DNA of 64,000 nucleotides from Zootoca vivipara (GCF_963506605.1 NC_083280.1:51026001-51090000), one strand, 5' to 3'. Shown: positions 1 to 12,912, counted from the stretch's first letter. A program made the numbers and translations. The notes: generated from the sequence alone by a model not told the origin.

Positions 1-170
1 TAAGAGCTGTTCAACAGACTTCCATGAGAAGTAATGGACTCACCTTCCTTGGAGATTTTTAAGCAGAGGTTGGATGACCACCTGTCATGGATGCTTTAGT
101 TGAGATCCCTGCATTGCAGGGGGATGGACTTAGATGATCCCTTCCAAAACTACAATTCTATGATTCTATG
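1..170 (+). mobile_element. CR1 LINE 3'-end fragment (cut by window start)
   Basis: Resembles the end of CR1 ORF2 (..ttttaagcagaggttggatg..) and the 3' UTR (cctgcattgcagggg..ggac..gatcccttcc), ending in the (attctatg)2 tail. Confidence 0.8.
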
Positions 171-2665
171 ACTTGTGCCAGAAACAAGATTCTGTGTTTC
201 TGTGGTGATATTACAGAAGCATAAAATCTACACAACAGTGCTGCATTTTAATTTTTATATTTATTCTCCTCCCCTCTCTTTATTGTTATTAATCTAATGA
301 ACTAAGTAATCATCCCTATGCCAAGAATATTTTTTATGCTTCTTATTTTATCAGTTAGCATTCTCTAGTGAAGGTTTGCTTTTTGTTGTTGTTACCATCT
401 CTGGAAGATTTTATTTATCTGGCATTCTTTTCTTAATCAGAGGAGATGCTTTCTGTATTTTCCCCTCTTCTACATAGAGAGGTGTCCAGCCCCTTCCTGT
501 TAAATTTGCAAACTGTTGCTTATTCTTGCTATCCCCAGTGGTCTGGGAGTGAAGTCCCTTGATGGTGGTGATCTTGACTCTGAAAATATGGAGCTTATTT
601 CATTAAACTTTCCTATTAGGTGATACAAGACCCTGTCCTACATACTTCCAGGAGGCAGGTGAGCAGGTGGGCTTCAGAACTGCATGGACAGACCAGTGGA
701 TTTTGTCTGTTTGGCTGAGCTAAATGCAAAAGCTCTTTTATTTGAAATTCACTAACCCTGTGAAATGGAGAGAAAATGTGCCCTGTAGGGTTACTTGAAT
801 TAAGTATCATGTTTAAATTAGGTCTCTGGAGCGGCATGATACCATGTTAGCACCCTAGAAATCCACAGCTCTGGCACATGCTTCAGCAGTGTGCTAATGC
901 TGCATATGTAGGAACTAGCATACAAACAATAGCACAATTTAAGCATCCTGCTGGCTGTATGCAACCCCTCATAGATAACACTACTTTTACATAGCCTTGT
1001 CAGGTAGGAACTAAATTTAATCCAAGTGGAAACTAGGCTTGTTAGCATAGAAGGTGTAGAGGCTGCAGGTCTTCTCTATGCAGAATTAGTTGTCACACCT
1101 CCTCCTCTGCTCCACCATCTTTATATTGGGAACCATTCAAGTATATTATATTACATTATAAAATAAATTATATTCAAGAGCTGTAAGATTGTTTTCTGTG
1201 ATGCATGGCATGTTGCATGTTCTTCCAGCACTTTTCAGGAATAAAAGTGAAGACTGACAGTAAAATATTTCTTAAGGCTCAGGGATAGTTTTATGTGCAT
1301 AATAGATGGTTATACAGGTTTATTTTACTAAAGTATCGCCACTATTCCTTATAAAAGGTACTGTAGGATATGCATTTTCTTCATCTTCAGGGATAATTAA
1401 CTGCGTGCTCATACTTTCCCCCATCTCTTATAAAGACTGATACTTTGAATTTGTATGCTCTGAAGGTCTTTCTAAACATCTGAAACTGATTTATAGGCAG
1501 GGGTGCAATTCTTCCATTTCAAGAAGAATGTGAAGTGAGGAACATGGATCCCCAGGGAATGGTGTCAAGATCTTATTAAGATGACAGGTGCAGATTTCCT
1601 GAAAATAACTGCTGATTCTTAGGACATCTTTTGTTTTTCTTAGACATATGCAGCACAGAAGCATGGTTAGATTGGAATCTGAAACTGTGTTTCCAGAACC
1701 ACAGAGATAAGGTGGATTGGGGTCTTGACCTGAAAATTCACATTTTCCATTAAATGCAATTGTGTCAAAAGGTTGCTTGTATATAGTAAATGTGACATTC
1801 GTACTGAAGATTGAACAAATCAAATGGCATCCACTTACTTCAGTGGCTTGATAGAATAAGGAAAGGCCTTTTTTTGCACACTTATTGAACTGACTAATAC
1901 AGAGGTTGGTGTAAAAGGCAAATGTTAAATAATGGCTCCAGCTAGTGGGTTGGCTGAGGTTCCTTTTTTATAATTTATGTAAAGCCTGGCATGTAGGATT
2001 TGTGCAGTATGCTTGTTAAAGTAGTCATGTGCTTGTCCAACTCTTGACCATTAAGAGTAATATGTCATCTGCCAACATGTCATCTGCCAATGGTTCTAGT
2101 ATTATGAATGAGATGTGTTTTATCCAGAAACCAAAGAACAGAAGAAGTAAGCCATGGTGGATAAATAGTCATTTTTGCAAGGAAAAATTAATTCAAAGAT
2201 AGAATGTAATAAATCAAAAGATAATGGCCAATGAAATTCAGCCCAAGATATATAATGACAGTTTATAGGGTTGCCAGTTGCTTAAACTTTATCAAAAGCC
2301 AGTTTAAATGCAGAACTTCAGCATCTATATGAGATATACAATGGCCATTAAGATTCTGCAGCTTCACAGTGCTGGCTGAGGTAAATGGCTTCCCAGAAAT
2401 TCAAATGCCGTTTTCAAACCCCGAGAGTCTTGGGGACAATCTTCACATATACATGTTTTAGTGATTAAGAAGTTGAGCTACTCTAATCAGTTTCTTTGAT
2501 GAGACAGCACTCCAGCTATCTGTTTCTTTTTCTGTTTTGTTTTTTTAACCCTCCTTGTGTTTGTGCCTGCTTTATTTGGAAGCCTTGTATTTTGCTGTGT
2601 TTCAGCTTCAGTGCAGGCGCCATTTTTATCTTTGTAATTCTCTTTCTGGATGTAACCCTCTTCAG

Positions 2666-2953
2666 AGCAAGCTAAAGGGGCTGGCTTCAAAAGGCACAGG
2701 AAGCTTAATTACAGCAGACATGCTAAAAGGCCAAGATTACGTGGTGACAGATACAGGACAGTCTGTTCAGCCTGGAGAGATATCAAGTGGAGCGGATCAG
2801 GCAGAGAGAGCAAATGACCTTCCTCAGCAGGCAGATGACCTGTCCACAAGTCTAGATGAATTAAACGTCCCTTTGTCCCCTGAGGCTTTGGCTGCCCATC
2901 CACATGGCGACTATAATTTGGTGGATTCTCTACTCAATCTCACCAAAAGCCCG
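2666..2953 (+). CDS. FHIP2A: FHF complex subunit HOOK-interacting protein 2A (FAM160B1), internal coding exon; earlier exons lie outside the window
   Basis: ttcag|AGC..CCG|gtgag. Translates SKLKGLASKG..DYNLVDSLLNLTKSP, recognised as FAM160B1. 288 nt, phase 0. Confidence 0.9.
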
Positions 2954-3236
2954 GTGAGTGACTGGCAGAATTGTTTTTTATTTCAAGTGGGCATATGGGG
3001 GGCGGCTGAAGGAATTGTCAGCTGGGAGAGGCACTGAAGGCCTCTAAAAACACCATCAGCTTGCCCAAACACACATTTTTAATTCAGTGAATATACTTAA
3101 AATATCATTATGGTAAATGTGGTGGGTATGTTTTTCTACTCTTCTAGCACATACATAATAAATGTTGCTTTGTGTGAAATCATCTGGTTTTGGGAAAATT
3201 CTTCCCTGCCAGTTGTAAAATGTAATGGTCCCCACC

Positions 3237-3327
3237 CATAGCTGTCAACTTTTCCCTTTTCTCGCGAAGAATCCTATTCGGAATAAGGGAATTTCCCTTT
3301 AAAAAAGGGGGAAAGTTGACAGTTGTG
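3237..3327. mobile_element. ~90-bp hAT-type MITE
   Basis: Imperfect TIR catagctgtcaacttt../..aaagttgacagttgtg; 8-bp TSD tccccacc (3229-3236, 3328-3335). Confidence 0.85.
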
Positions 3328-3594
3328 TCCCCACCCCCACTGCCCTGCTAAGCATCCCAACCTGGTAAGTTGAGGACAGAACCTTGTATTGCAGGCTTCA
3401 GATGTTCAGAAAAACATTAGTATCACCAAAATTGTGAGGTGAGCTTTTATTTTTATTTAGTATAGCTTTTGTATGTCCTGTACTCATTTTTATGTGAGCT
3501 GATCTTCTACAGAAACTGATGTTTGTCAGTACAGTATGGCTTATTTGGGGATTGGTTCACTGGGTCGCTGAACTGTTGTCACTTTTCCTCCTTA

Positions 3595-3736
3595 TTCTGA
3601 AGTGTGCATGCATACGAAAGCTCATACCTATGACAAACTTAGTTGGTCTCTAAGGTGCTACTGGAAGGAATTTTTTGTTTTGTTTTGTTTTTTGTTTTGA
3701 CTACGTCAGACCAACACGGCTACCTACCTGTAACAA
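3595..3736 (+). mobile_element. Penelope-like element terminal-repeat fragment with decayed hammerhead core
   Basis: ctgaag-gtgtgcatgcatac-gaaagctc..tctctaaggtgctac..gaccaacacggctacc resembles reptile Penelope repeat ends. Flanked by the direct repeat cctcctta (3587-3594, 3737-3744). Confidence 0.65.
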
Positions 3737-4055
3737 CCTCCTTACTGTTATAATGCTTGCAGATTTATTTTTAACTGTTGCTCACAGGCTGTTAATAACT
3801 TGGTCATGGTCATGCCAAAAGTTGCTTAGTCTTGTTCTAAATAGCGTCTACTGAAATAAAGCAAACATATTGTTTTTGAAAGGGCCTTAGTGAAGATAAA
3901 GAAACTACAGCGGTAAAATAACTTTGTCAATTCATTAGGGTATATTATTATATATCTGTAATAATAGCCACATGAACCCTAATGTTCTTCCTCCCTATTT
4001 GAACTTGAGACATGAAGGAAAGCCTTACTGTATTCTGTTTTCTCTTGTGTAACAG

Positions 4056-4252
4056 GATGGCCGGATAGCTGTGAAAGCTTGTGAAGGCCTCATGCTCCTA
4101 GTGAGTTTGCCCGAGCCAGCAGCTGCCAAATGCTTAGCAGAGAGTACATGCTTGTGTGAACTGTTGACGGACAGGTTGGCCTCTCTCTACAAAGCTCTCC
4201 CTCAGTCGATGGATCCTTTAGATATTGAAACAGTGGAAGGAGTTAACTGGGG
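4056..4252 (+). CDS. FHIP2A: FHIP2A coding exon
   Basis: aacag|GAT..GG|gtaag. [30 protein letters not shown](G). Confidence 0.95.
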
Positions 4253-4452
4253 GTAAGAATATTGTCTCGACGCACCTTGAGCTACATTTTATGCCTTGTG
4301 TATGTTAAATAAAGCATTTCTAAAAAATACATTTATAGCACAACTTGTGCTTGAGGTGGCTCTCCAAAGAAGTAAAAACTTCAAAGCACCAAGCTACAAG
4401 CAATATCTAAATGCTTAGGTTAGTCATGGAACTTCTAGTTATGCTGTGATGA

Positions 4453-4623
<171 letters not shown>

Positions 4624-4732
4624 TGAGATGCCTACTTTAACCCTTTCCTATGTACAATCCAAAACAAGTTTAGAATATATTGTTATTTTTCCTAAGTTGG
4701 AAAGGGAGCATCACTGTGCCCTCTTATTTCAG

Positions 4733-4809
4733 ACAACAGCTGTTGCCATGGCAAGCTCGGTGCGAGAACGTTTTTTTGTTGGCGTAATGGAACCCCAGCT
4801 AATGCAAAC
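4733..4809 (+). CDS. FHIP2A: FHIP2A coding exon
   Basis: ttcag|ACA..AC|gtgag. TTAVAMASSVRERFFVGVMEPQLMQ(T). Confidence 0.93.
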
Positions 4810-4914
4810 GTGAGTAAGGCATTTATTGGAAAAAGAGAGAGGTCTCCCCTATTTTTATATGTACATAAAGGAGGAAACTATGTCACTTCCTTTAAAAATC
4901 CTTCTTGTGCTCAG

Positions 4915-5107
4915 TTCAGAGATGGGGATTCTCACGTCAACGGCCCTGTTGCATCGTATGGTTCGCCAAGTCACTTCAGATGCTTTAGTACATGAAATGG
5001 TCTGCTTTATCCTTGGGGAGCAAAGGGAACCAGAAAAACTGACAGACATCAACAGGCACCCATTGCGACATCGCCTCATTGAGCACTGTGATCACATTTC
5101 AGATGAG
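4915..5107 (+). CDS. FHIP2A: FHIP2A coding exon
   Basis: ctcag|T..GAG|gtaag. [35 protein letters not shown]. Confidence 0.95.
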
Positions 5108-5911
5108 GTAAGATGTTATAATACCGCATAAGTACAGGGGTGACTGCCAACATGCTATGACCAATGTCATTGCATTTGTAAACAACTTACTAATGAGTGG
5201 ATATTTCAAGTGTTAGACAACATTTAATTGAGCTTTTTGAAGCTGTTTGATTGAGTAGCTCATCTTCAGTGATCTGATATCAATAAACAAAATGTGTTGA
5301 AACGTATTGGGTGGCACTTCAGGTCCATCTTCCACTGCTGCTTCCTCTAGGTTTTTCCATTCCCAGTGAACTGGAAAATGCATTTTGAGAAGGTGTAGTC
5401 CACTAAATAGTGCTGAAAAATCTGAAAGTCCTGAGTTCAGTCTACTTCAACCACGAACTCTTGGGAAGAAAGGGGGGGGAGTTGCTACTTACCTGAGTCC
5501 AGGTGACAACATGTGCTCTCGAGGCTAATGCACTGGGGGTGGGAATGGCTCAGGACACTGTGAGGCCAGGTACTCTCCCATTCTGGTACTTCATTGGTTG
5601 AGCCACTACAGTTCATTATGGTCCCTGTCTCATCTGCCAAGGTTGAGACTTTAAAAATGTGTCAATTGGGAAGGGGAAGAACAGCCTGCCAGCAATTCCA
5701 GAAGGCTGCATTTAGGAGCAGGCAAACCAACCTGAGGCCTGTACTGGTTGAAAGATTAGAGGCAGGCAAGGAAAGGATAGCTACAGGTTTGCTGTAACTA
5801 TCACTTCCTTTCTGCTTCTACAGTGTGGACATGCTTTGGCCCTGGTCTCCATAACGAGTGAGGACATTACAAAGTTGAATGGACTCCAAAACCGCAAATC
5901 AGTCTCTCATT

Positions 5912-8510
5912 GTTGTTGTTGTTTAGTCGTTTAGTTGTGTCCGGCTCTTCGTGACCCCATGGACCAGAGCACGCCAGGCACTCCTGTCTTGCACTGCCTC
6001 CCGCAGTTTGGTCAAACTCATGTTCGTAGCTTCGAGAACACTGTCCAACCATCTTGTCCTCTGACGTCCCCTTCTCCTAGTGCCCTCAATCTTTCCCAAC
6101 ATCAGGGTCTTTTCCAAGGATTCTTCTCTTCTCATGAGGTGGCCAAAGTATTGGAGCCTCAGCTTCACGATCTGTCCTTCCAGGGAGCACTCAGGGCTGA
6201 TTTCCTTAAGAATGGATAGGTTTGATCTTCTTGCAGTCCATGGGACTCTCAAGAGTCTCCTCCAGCACCACAATTCAAAAGCATCAATTCTTCGGCGATC
6301 AGCCTTCTTTATGGTCCAGCTCTCACTTCCATACATCACTACTGGGAAAACCATAGCTTTAACTATACGGACCTTTGTCGGCAAGGTGATGTCTCTGCTT
6401 TTTAAGATGCTGTCTAGGTTTGTCATTGCTTTTCTCCCAAGAAGCAGGCGTCTTTTAATTTCGTGACTGCTGTCACCATCTGCAGTGATCAAGGAGCCCA
6501 AGAAGGTGAAATCTCTCACTGCCTCCATTTCTTCCCCTTCTATTTGCCAGGAGGTGATGGGACCAGTGGCCATGATCTTGGTTTTTTTGATGTTGAGCTT
6601 CAGACCATATTTTGCGCTCTCCTCTTTCACCCTCATTAAAAGGTTCTTTAATTCCTCCTCGCTTTCTGCCATCAAGGTTGTGTCATCTGCATATCTGAGG
6701 TTGTTGATATTTCTTCCGGCAATCTTAATTCCGGCTAGGGATTCATCTAGTCCAGCCTTTTGCATGATGAATTCTGCATATAAGTTAAATAAGCAGGGAG
6801 ACAATATACAACCTTGTCGTACTCCTTTCCCAATTTTGAACCACTCAGTTGTTACATATCCAGTTCTAACTGTAGCTTCTTGTCCCACATAGAGATTTCT
6901 CAGGAGACAGATGAGGTGATCAGGCACTCCCATTTCTTTAAGAACTTGCCATAGTTTGCTGTGGTCGACACAGTCAAAAGCTTTTGCATAGTCAATGAAG
7001 CAGAAGTAGACGTTTTTCTGGAACTCTCTAGCTTTCTCCATAATCCAGCTCATGCTTGCTATTTGGTCTCTGGTTCCTCTGCCCTTTCGAAATCCAGCTT
7101 GCACTTCTGGGAGTTCTCGGTCCACATACTGCTAAAGCCTGCCTTGTAGAATTTTAAGCATAACCTTGCTAGCGTGTGAAATGAGCGCAATTGTGCGGTA
7201 GTTGGAGCATTCTTTGGCACTGCCCTTCTTTGGAATTGGGATGTAGACTGATCTTCTCCAATCCTCTGGCCATTGCTGAGTTTTCCAAACTTGCTGGCAT
7301 ATTGGGTGTAGCACCTTAACAGCATCATCTTTTAAAATTTTAAATAGTTCAGCTGGAATATCATCACTTCCACTGGCCTTGTTATTAGCCGTGCTTTCTA
7401 AGGCCCATTTGACTTCACTCTCCAAGATGTCTGGCTCAAGGTCAGCAACCACACTACCTGGGGTGTACAAGACCTCCATATCTTTCTGGTATAATTCCTC
7501 TGTGTATTCTTGCCACCTCTTCTTGATGTCTTCTGCTTCTGTTAGGTCCTTACCACTTTTGTCCTTGATTATGGTAATCTTTGTACGAAATGTTCCTCTC
7601 ATGTCTCCAATTTTCTTGAACAGATCTCTGGTTTTCCCCATTCTATTGTTTTCCTCTATTTCTTTGCATTGCTCATTTAAGAAGACCCTCTTGTCTCTCC
7701 TTGCTGTTTTTTGGAAATCTGCATTCAGTTTCCTGTATCTTTCCCTTTCTCCCTTGCATTTTGCTTGCCTCCTCTCCTCCGCTATTTGTAAGGCCTCGTT
7801 GGACAGCCATTTTGCTTTCTTGCATTTCCTTTTCCTTGGGATGGTTTTCGTTGCTGCCTCCTGTATAATGTTACGAACCTCCATCCATAGTTCTTCAGGC
7901 ACTCTGTCCACCAAATCTAAATCCTTAAACCTGTTCCTCACTTCCACTGTGTATTCATAAGGGATTTGATTCAGATTGTATCTTACTGGCCCAGTGGTTT
8001 TTCCTACTTTCTTCAGTTTAAGCTGGAATTTTGCTATAAGAAGCTGATGATCTGAGTTACAGTCAGCTCCAGGTCTTGTTTTTGCTGACTGTATAGAGCT
8101 TCTCCATCTTTGGCTGCAGAGAATATAATCAATCTGATTTCAATGCTGCCCATTTGGTGATATCCATGTGTAGAGTCGTCTCTTGTGTTGTTGGAAGAGA
8201 GTGTTTGTGATGACCAGCTTGTTCTCTTGACAGAACTCTATTAGCCTTTGCCCTGCTTCATTTTGAACCCCCAGGCCAAACTTGCCAGTTGTTCCTTTTA
8301 TCTCTTGATTCCCTACTTTAGCATTCCAATCCCCTGTAATGAGAATAACATCCTTCTTTGGTGTCATTTCTAGAAGGTGTTGTAGGTCTTCATAGAATTG
8401 GTCAATTTCACTTCAGCTGGAATTCTTCAATTTCACTTTCTTCAATTTCACCTGGAGAAGGAACTGGCAAGCCACTCCAGTATCCCTGCCAAGAAAAACT
8501 CCATGGACAA
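5912..8510 (-). mobile_element. RTE-BovB LINE, 5'-truncated and rearranged, young
   Basis: One reading frame (8367 to 5923) encodes the end of the APE domain (GDWNAKVG) and RT (FIDYAKAFD, GVRQGCILSP, YADD) with two in-frame stops at 8140 and 7132. (caa)n tail at about 5912; 11-bp TSD agtctctcatt (5901-5911, 8511-8521). Confidence 0.95.
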
Positions 8511-8987
8511 AGTCTCTCATTATCTTATGCAATTGCTGTGAGGAGGAATGTATTATCAAGTACTATAGCAATAATATGTTATGGGGGCGGGGGCTTTATT
8601 TAAACTATGTGCTTTGCAGTGAAACCTTCATGGGTGTAGGACTTCAGAGTATTTCATTAGCACATCTATTTGAATAATAAAAAGTACTTCTCATGTGAAA
8701 CCTCTGAGTGCCCCAAACCATAGGTAATAGCTCTCTGACAAACCAGAGCCTCTTTTCCAAGTGTTGATTGCAATAGGTGAGGGCCATACGCATAGTTTGG
8801 GTTGATTCTTTTGTCTGTTACTATTGGTTACCAGCAGTTTATAGCACTTTGAAGGTATGTGTGTGTGAAAACATTTAATATACATTAAAGAAATGGAATA
8901 CTTTTTAATAGGTGCAACACTATAATAACATACTCAGAATCTCTGCTTTGTGGGAACCTGTTTTTATGTCTTTTTTATATATTGCAG

Positions 8988-9157
8988 ATCAGCATAATGA
9001 CACTCAGAATGTTTGAGCACCTTTTGCAAAAACCTGATGAGCACATTCTTTATAACTTGGTTCTTAGAAATTTAGAGGAGAGGAACTATACGGAGTATAA
9101 ACCACCCTGTCAAGAAGATAAAGATGTGGTGGAGAATGGCCAAATAGCAGGAGCTGT
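8988..9157 (+). CDS. FHIP2A: FHIP2A coding exon
   Basis: tgcag|ATC..GT|gtatg. [38 protein letters not shown](V). Confidence 0.95.
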
Positions 9158-10340
9158 GTATGTTCTTTTCTGTGACCCCCTTTTCTTCCTCTGTGTCATT
9201 GGAGAGTTCTGCAGTAGCTGAAATGTCTTTCAGCTGTTGTTATCAAAGCAAAGATTACATTTTAGGCCAGAGGGTGTGTGTATTTTAGTATACTGACATA
9301 ATGTTGAATCTAGATATAAAGTTACGGTGTTAGGCTTTATACTGCATATAGAACTGTTACATAACCCAGCATGTTAACAGTCTGCTGCTGTTTCACTTCT
9401 CCATGCATCTCAAGTTGCAATCCTAAATACACTTTCTAGAGTGTAAGCCCTATTGAATACAGTGGGACCTGCTTCTGAGTAAACAGTAAACACAACTCAG
9501 ATGTACCTCTACTCTTGTGGTAGTTGGCTTAAGGGGTCTATGGAGTAATTCCTTCATTTTTGCCTGACTCGTTTTTGTTTTTCCTGTGTTCAACACAAGA
9601 GTGTATCAAGTCCATCTTGCTGTCTATTATTTACACTGAAAATGACAGTGGCTCTCCAGAGCTTTAGACAAGACTTAAACACAAATTAGGCTATCCTCGC
9701 TTTTTGACTGATCAGCTTGATGTCTTGCTTAAGGATATGTAAGCCCATTTGTCTTTGTTTAGTATTGAAATTTGGGTAAGATTCAAACCATTTGTTGATT
9801 CACTTGTGTGGCTTTAGAACACCCAGAACTTGAATGTTGCCTTGGCTGATGCAGTATTATTCAACAATAGATCAAAAATTCATAAGCCCCTTTCATAAAA
9901 TTAGAATATATGTTTCCTTGTTTCATTCATCTATGCATTCTCAGTGAACACTAGTTCATGTTAATGTTCTCTAGTTCCAAGTCACGCCATCATTTCAGTA
10001 AATAAAAGTTGTTTAAAATAAAAGAACTAAGGCATGATCCAAGGAAGTGTGAAACTAGTTCTGCATGCCCATGTAAAAAAGCAGTCCTTAAGTTATATTG
10101 CTAGTTATTTTTTGAGACATGCTTTAAAGACAATTTGTGATTTGACATTATATTGAGGAGAGGGGTCCTGCAGTTGAAAGGGAAACAAGGCAAAAATCCT
10201 ACTTGATGCATGCAAGCCTAAAGCAGCTCTTTGGATCCTAGACATAGATTCAATAAATTCAGAAAGTGAATACATTTCAGTGCTTTTTAGAGAGTAAAAC
10301 AAAAAATGTTTCTCTCCCCTTTTTTGCTGCAAATTCACAG

Positions 10341-10484
10341 AGATCTAGAAGAAGATCCGTTATTTACGGATATTTCTCCTGATACCATGTTGTCAAACCA
10401 AGAGTGGCTCACTGCTTCTCCACCTGTCAGCCCAGATCATCCAAAAAATGATGGGAAGACGGAAGTTCATAAAATTGTAAATAG
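10341..10484 (+). CDS. FHIP2A: FHIP2A coding exon
   Basis: cacag|A..AG|gtaag. [26 protein letters not shown](S). Confidence 0.95.
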
Positions 10485-11201
10485 GTAAGGTGAACCTAAT
10501 ATTTTTTTGTAATAACTACAGTATAATTTTACTATTAATTCATCCTTGTACTGGCTATGCTGTGACACCACCCATTTAGCAAGCAGAGTTGTAAGGTTGA
10601 TGGAATGATCTCACTATACACTTCAATCCCATCTGGCATGGGGCTTATATTCCAGGGATAGCATGTATGTGCAAAAATGCATATATTTGAACTACCCCCT
10701 TGGAGCCATCCCCGCGTGAGCATCTTTACCTTTCTAGAGCAGTACACCGAGCCGACTCTCTGACCTGTTTGCCCCACAAGATCTCACAAGAGCATCCCAG
10801 CTCTTGTGAGATCTTGTGGGGCTGTCCAAGTTTCACAAGAGAATCCCAGAGCCCAGTAAGCAAGGTGGAGAGCTTAAAAGCTCTTTCCATGCCCAGAAAA
10901 CCATGAAGCAAATAGAGCTTTTAAGCTCTCTGCCTTCCAGGCATTTAATTTGTGTGATTTCAGCTGGTTGGCTTGAAATCACAGAAGTTAAATGTGTGCA
11001 AGATGAGATTGTACTGAACTATGCTAGTTGATATATAGCATTTTAGTTTCCCAGGAGTTCAAACAGGAATGTATAAAGGTGAGCAGATGAGTGATCACCA
11101 TCCTTCTCTGATGAAGATTGAGACCAGCGTCTTGTATGGGAGAGACACTGCCACTATTGTGGTGTATGAAAGAGGAAGAGAGAGAAAGGGGGGTGAGTAA
11201 G

Positions 11202-11625
11202 TGTGAGGGACAGGGGATATCGCGAAGTCCCTCCCCTCCTGAGTTCAAGCCCATCCCCGAGCGCAGGGGAAAGCAGGGAGAGTTCCGATTCCAGTGGGGA
11301 AGCAGGAAGTCGTGTCCGAGGCTCAGACAAGGTAGCGGAGCTAGGGTCCCAGGTGGGACAGGAAGGGGCAAGCAAGGGGGGCAGACCCATCCCCCCAACT
11401 CCGGAATTGCGCAGAAAGCGGAGAGGGAAGAGGATGGGTCTACCAAAGTTGTTATGTTGGAGAAAAACGCGCCAAACACCATTCAGAGGTTCTGATTCAA
11501 GCTGAGATGTGTCCTTGTAAATAGCATTGCCTTCAGCACTGTAAATACGCAGCACCAATAAAAGATAAAATGCAGAGCTGTGTAGAGTCGTTACTCTGAA
11601 GTAGCCCGCTCCGGCCACTGTGACA
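11202..11625 (+). mobile_element. Solo LTR, copy 1 (424 bp)
   Basis: TG..CA termini (tgtgaggg..ctgtgaca), internal AATAAA, 5-bp TSD gtaag. A second copy lies at 52788-53216. Confidence 0.88.
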
Positions 11626-12912
11626 GTAAGTGAGGAAAGTTTGTGAAGGTAGAGCAAGTGCAGTTGAACAGGCTAAATGTAATGTTATGATTCTGTTCCA
11701 CACGAAATATTTGACCTTGTGCCTAACCTTATTTCATACATTCAAAAATAGTTCTTCAATCTCAATATCTTAGCTTAATTAAGGAATAACTGTTGAGTTG
11801 TCATCGACTGCATCGTGAAATTTTTATAAAACTATGTGTGAGACGGGTTACTTTGTGTGCCAAAGAAAATATCTCAGTAGTGTATGAGAGACTACAAACT
11901 TAAGAGCTCGGAGAGAAACACTTGAGAGAAGAGAAATGTCATTAGGTGATGTTCCTTTCCTACAGTGTCCAGTGAGGAAAATCATCTCAAGGTTCGAGTT
12001 TTGTACATAGGTTTTGTTGCAAAAAAAGGCTTTGTTGCAAGATCACACTATTGTATTATGTGCAAAGCTAAAAGCAAGTTAGACTAAGAGAGTTGCTGCT
12101 TCTCTCCCCACCCCGCCCCCCATCCCCGATCGAGACCTGCTCTTCTCCTGTTCTGTTTACTCAGGCACAGTATTCATTAGGCTTGGCAAATATTGGAACA
12201 ACTATTAATTATGTTACGCAGAATTTTCCGATAAGAGACCTAAATTAGATATTAAGGCAGGGTTTCTACATATCTTAGTAATTAACTTGTGTAAACCAGA
12301 GTAAACAGTGAGATTTTCAAACAAAGGTGAAAATAGGCAAAAATGTTAAGAATATTAAATCACGCAATACTTTTATTTTTTTACAGTAACTTCGTGGAAG
12401 GGTCAAAATTAGGGTATTAGATATTGTTGGGTGGGTGAAATGCTAACCAATGATTTACAGTCATTAATGGTGCAGACTTTTTAATTTTGTTTATTTGTTA
12501 TTTTGTATATGCACTTTGGGGCCTAAAATGTTTCCACAAAATGACTTTATGTTTATTATCATTTTTTGGATTTCTTATCCACCCTTCTCTATAAGGTCTC
12601 AAAGCGGGTTGCAGGGCCAGAAAGAGCTGCACATTGTTGGAGGTGGGGCTACTAGACTGCCATTGCCAACCTTTCTACACACTCTTTCACACGAGTAATA
12701 CATGAAGGGGACTAGTATCTTGTAACTTTTCCCTGTTTGATTGAAGAACAGAAATGATGAGCGTGGCTGAAAACAAAATGAAAATAAGCTATATTTAGTG
12801 TAGCACTCCACTTGTTAGATGGAAGAATAGCAAGAAATGCAATAAGCACTCTATATTTTACTCATTGTTTCTAAAGTTATGATAAAATGAGAATTGTTTT
12901 TACCCCATACTG

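Noticed and set aside
2062-2091. Short tandem duplications (15-bp units here and near 41206-41236; imperfect near 29728-29787)
   Set aside because: Ordinary slippage-type micro-duplications with no functional signal.
5935-7960. + strand ORFs over BovB, and similarly over CR1 ORF2/ORF1 (47281-50581)
   Set aside because: They are antisense shadows of LINE coding sequence.
11024-11657. 100-167-aa ORFs over the solo LTRs and over the hAT cargo (12927-13438)
   Set aside because: No recognisable domains, and the frames are only partly kept between the two LTR copies.
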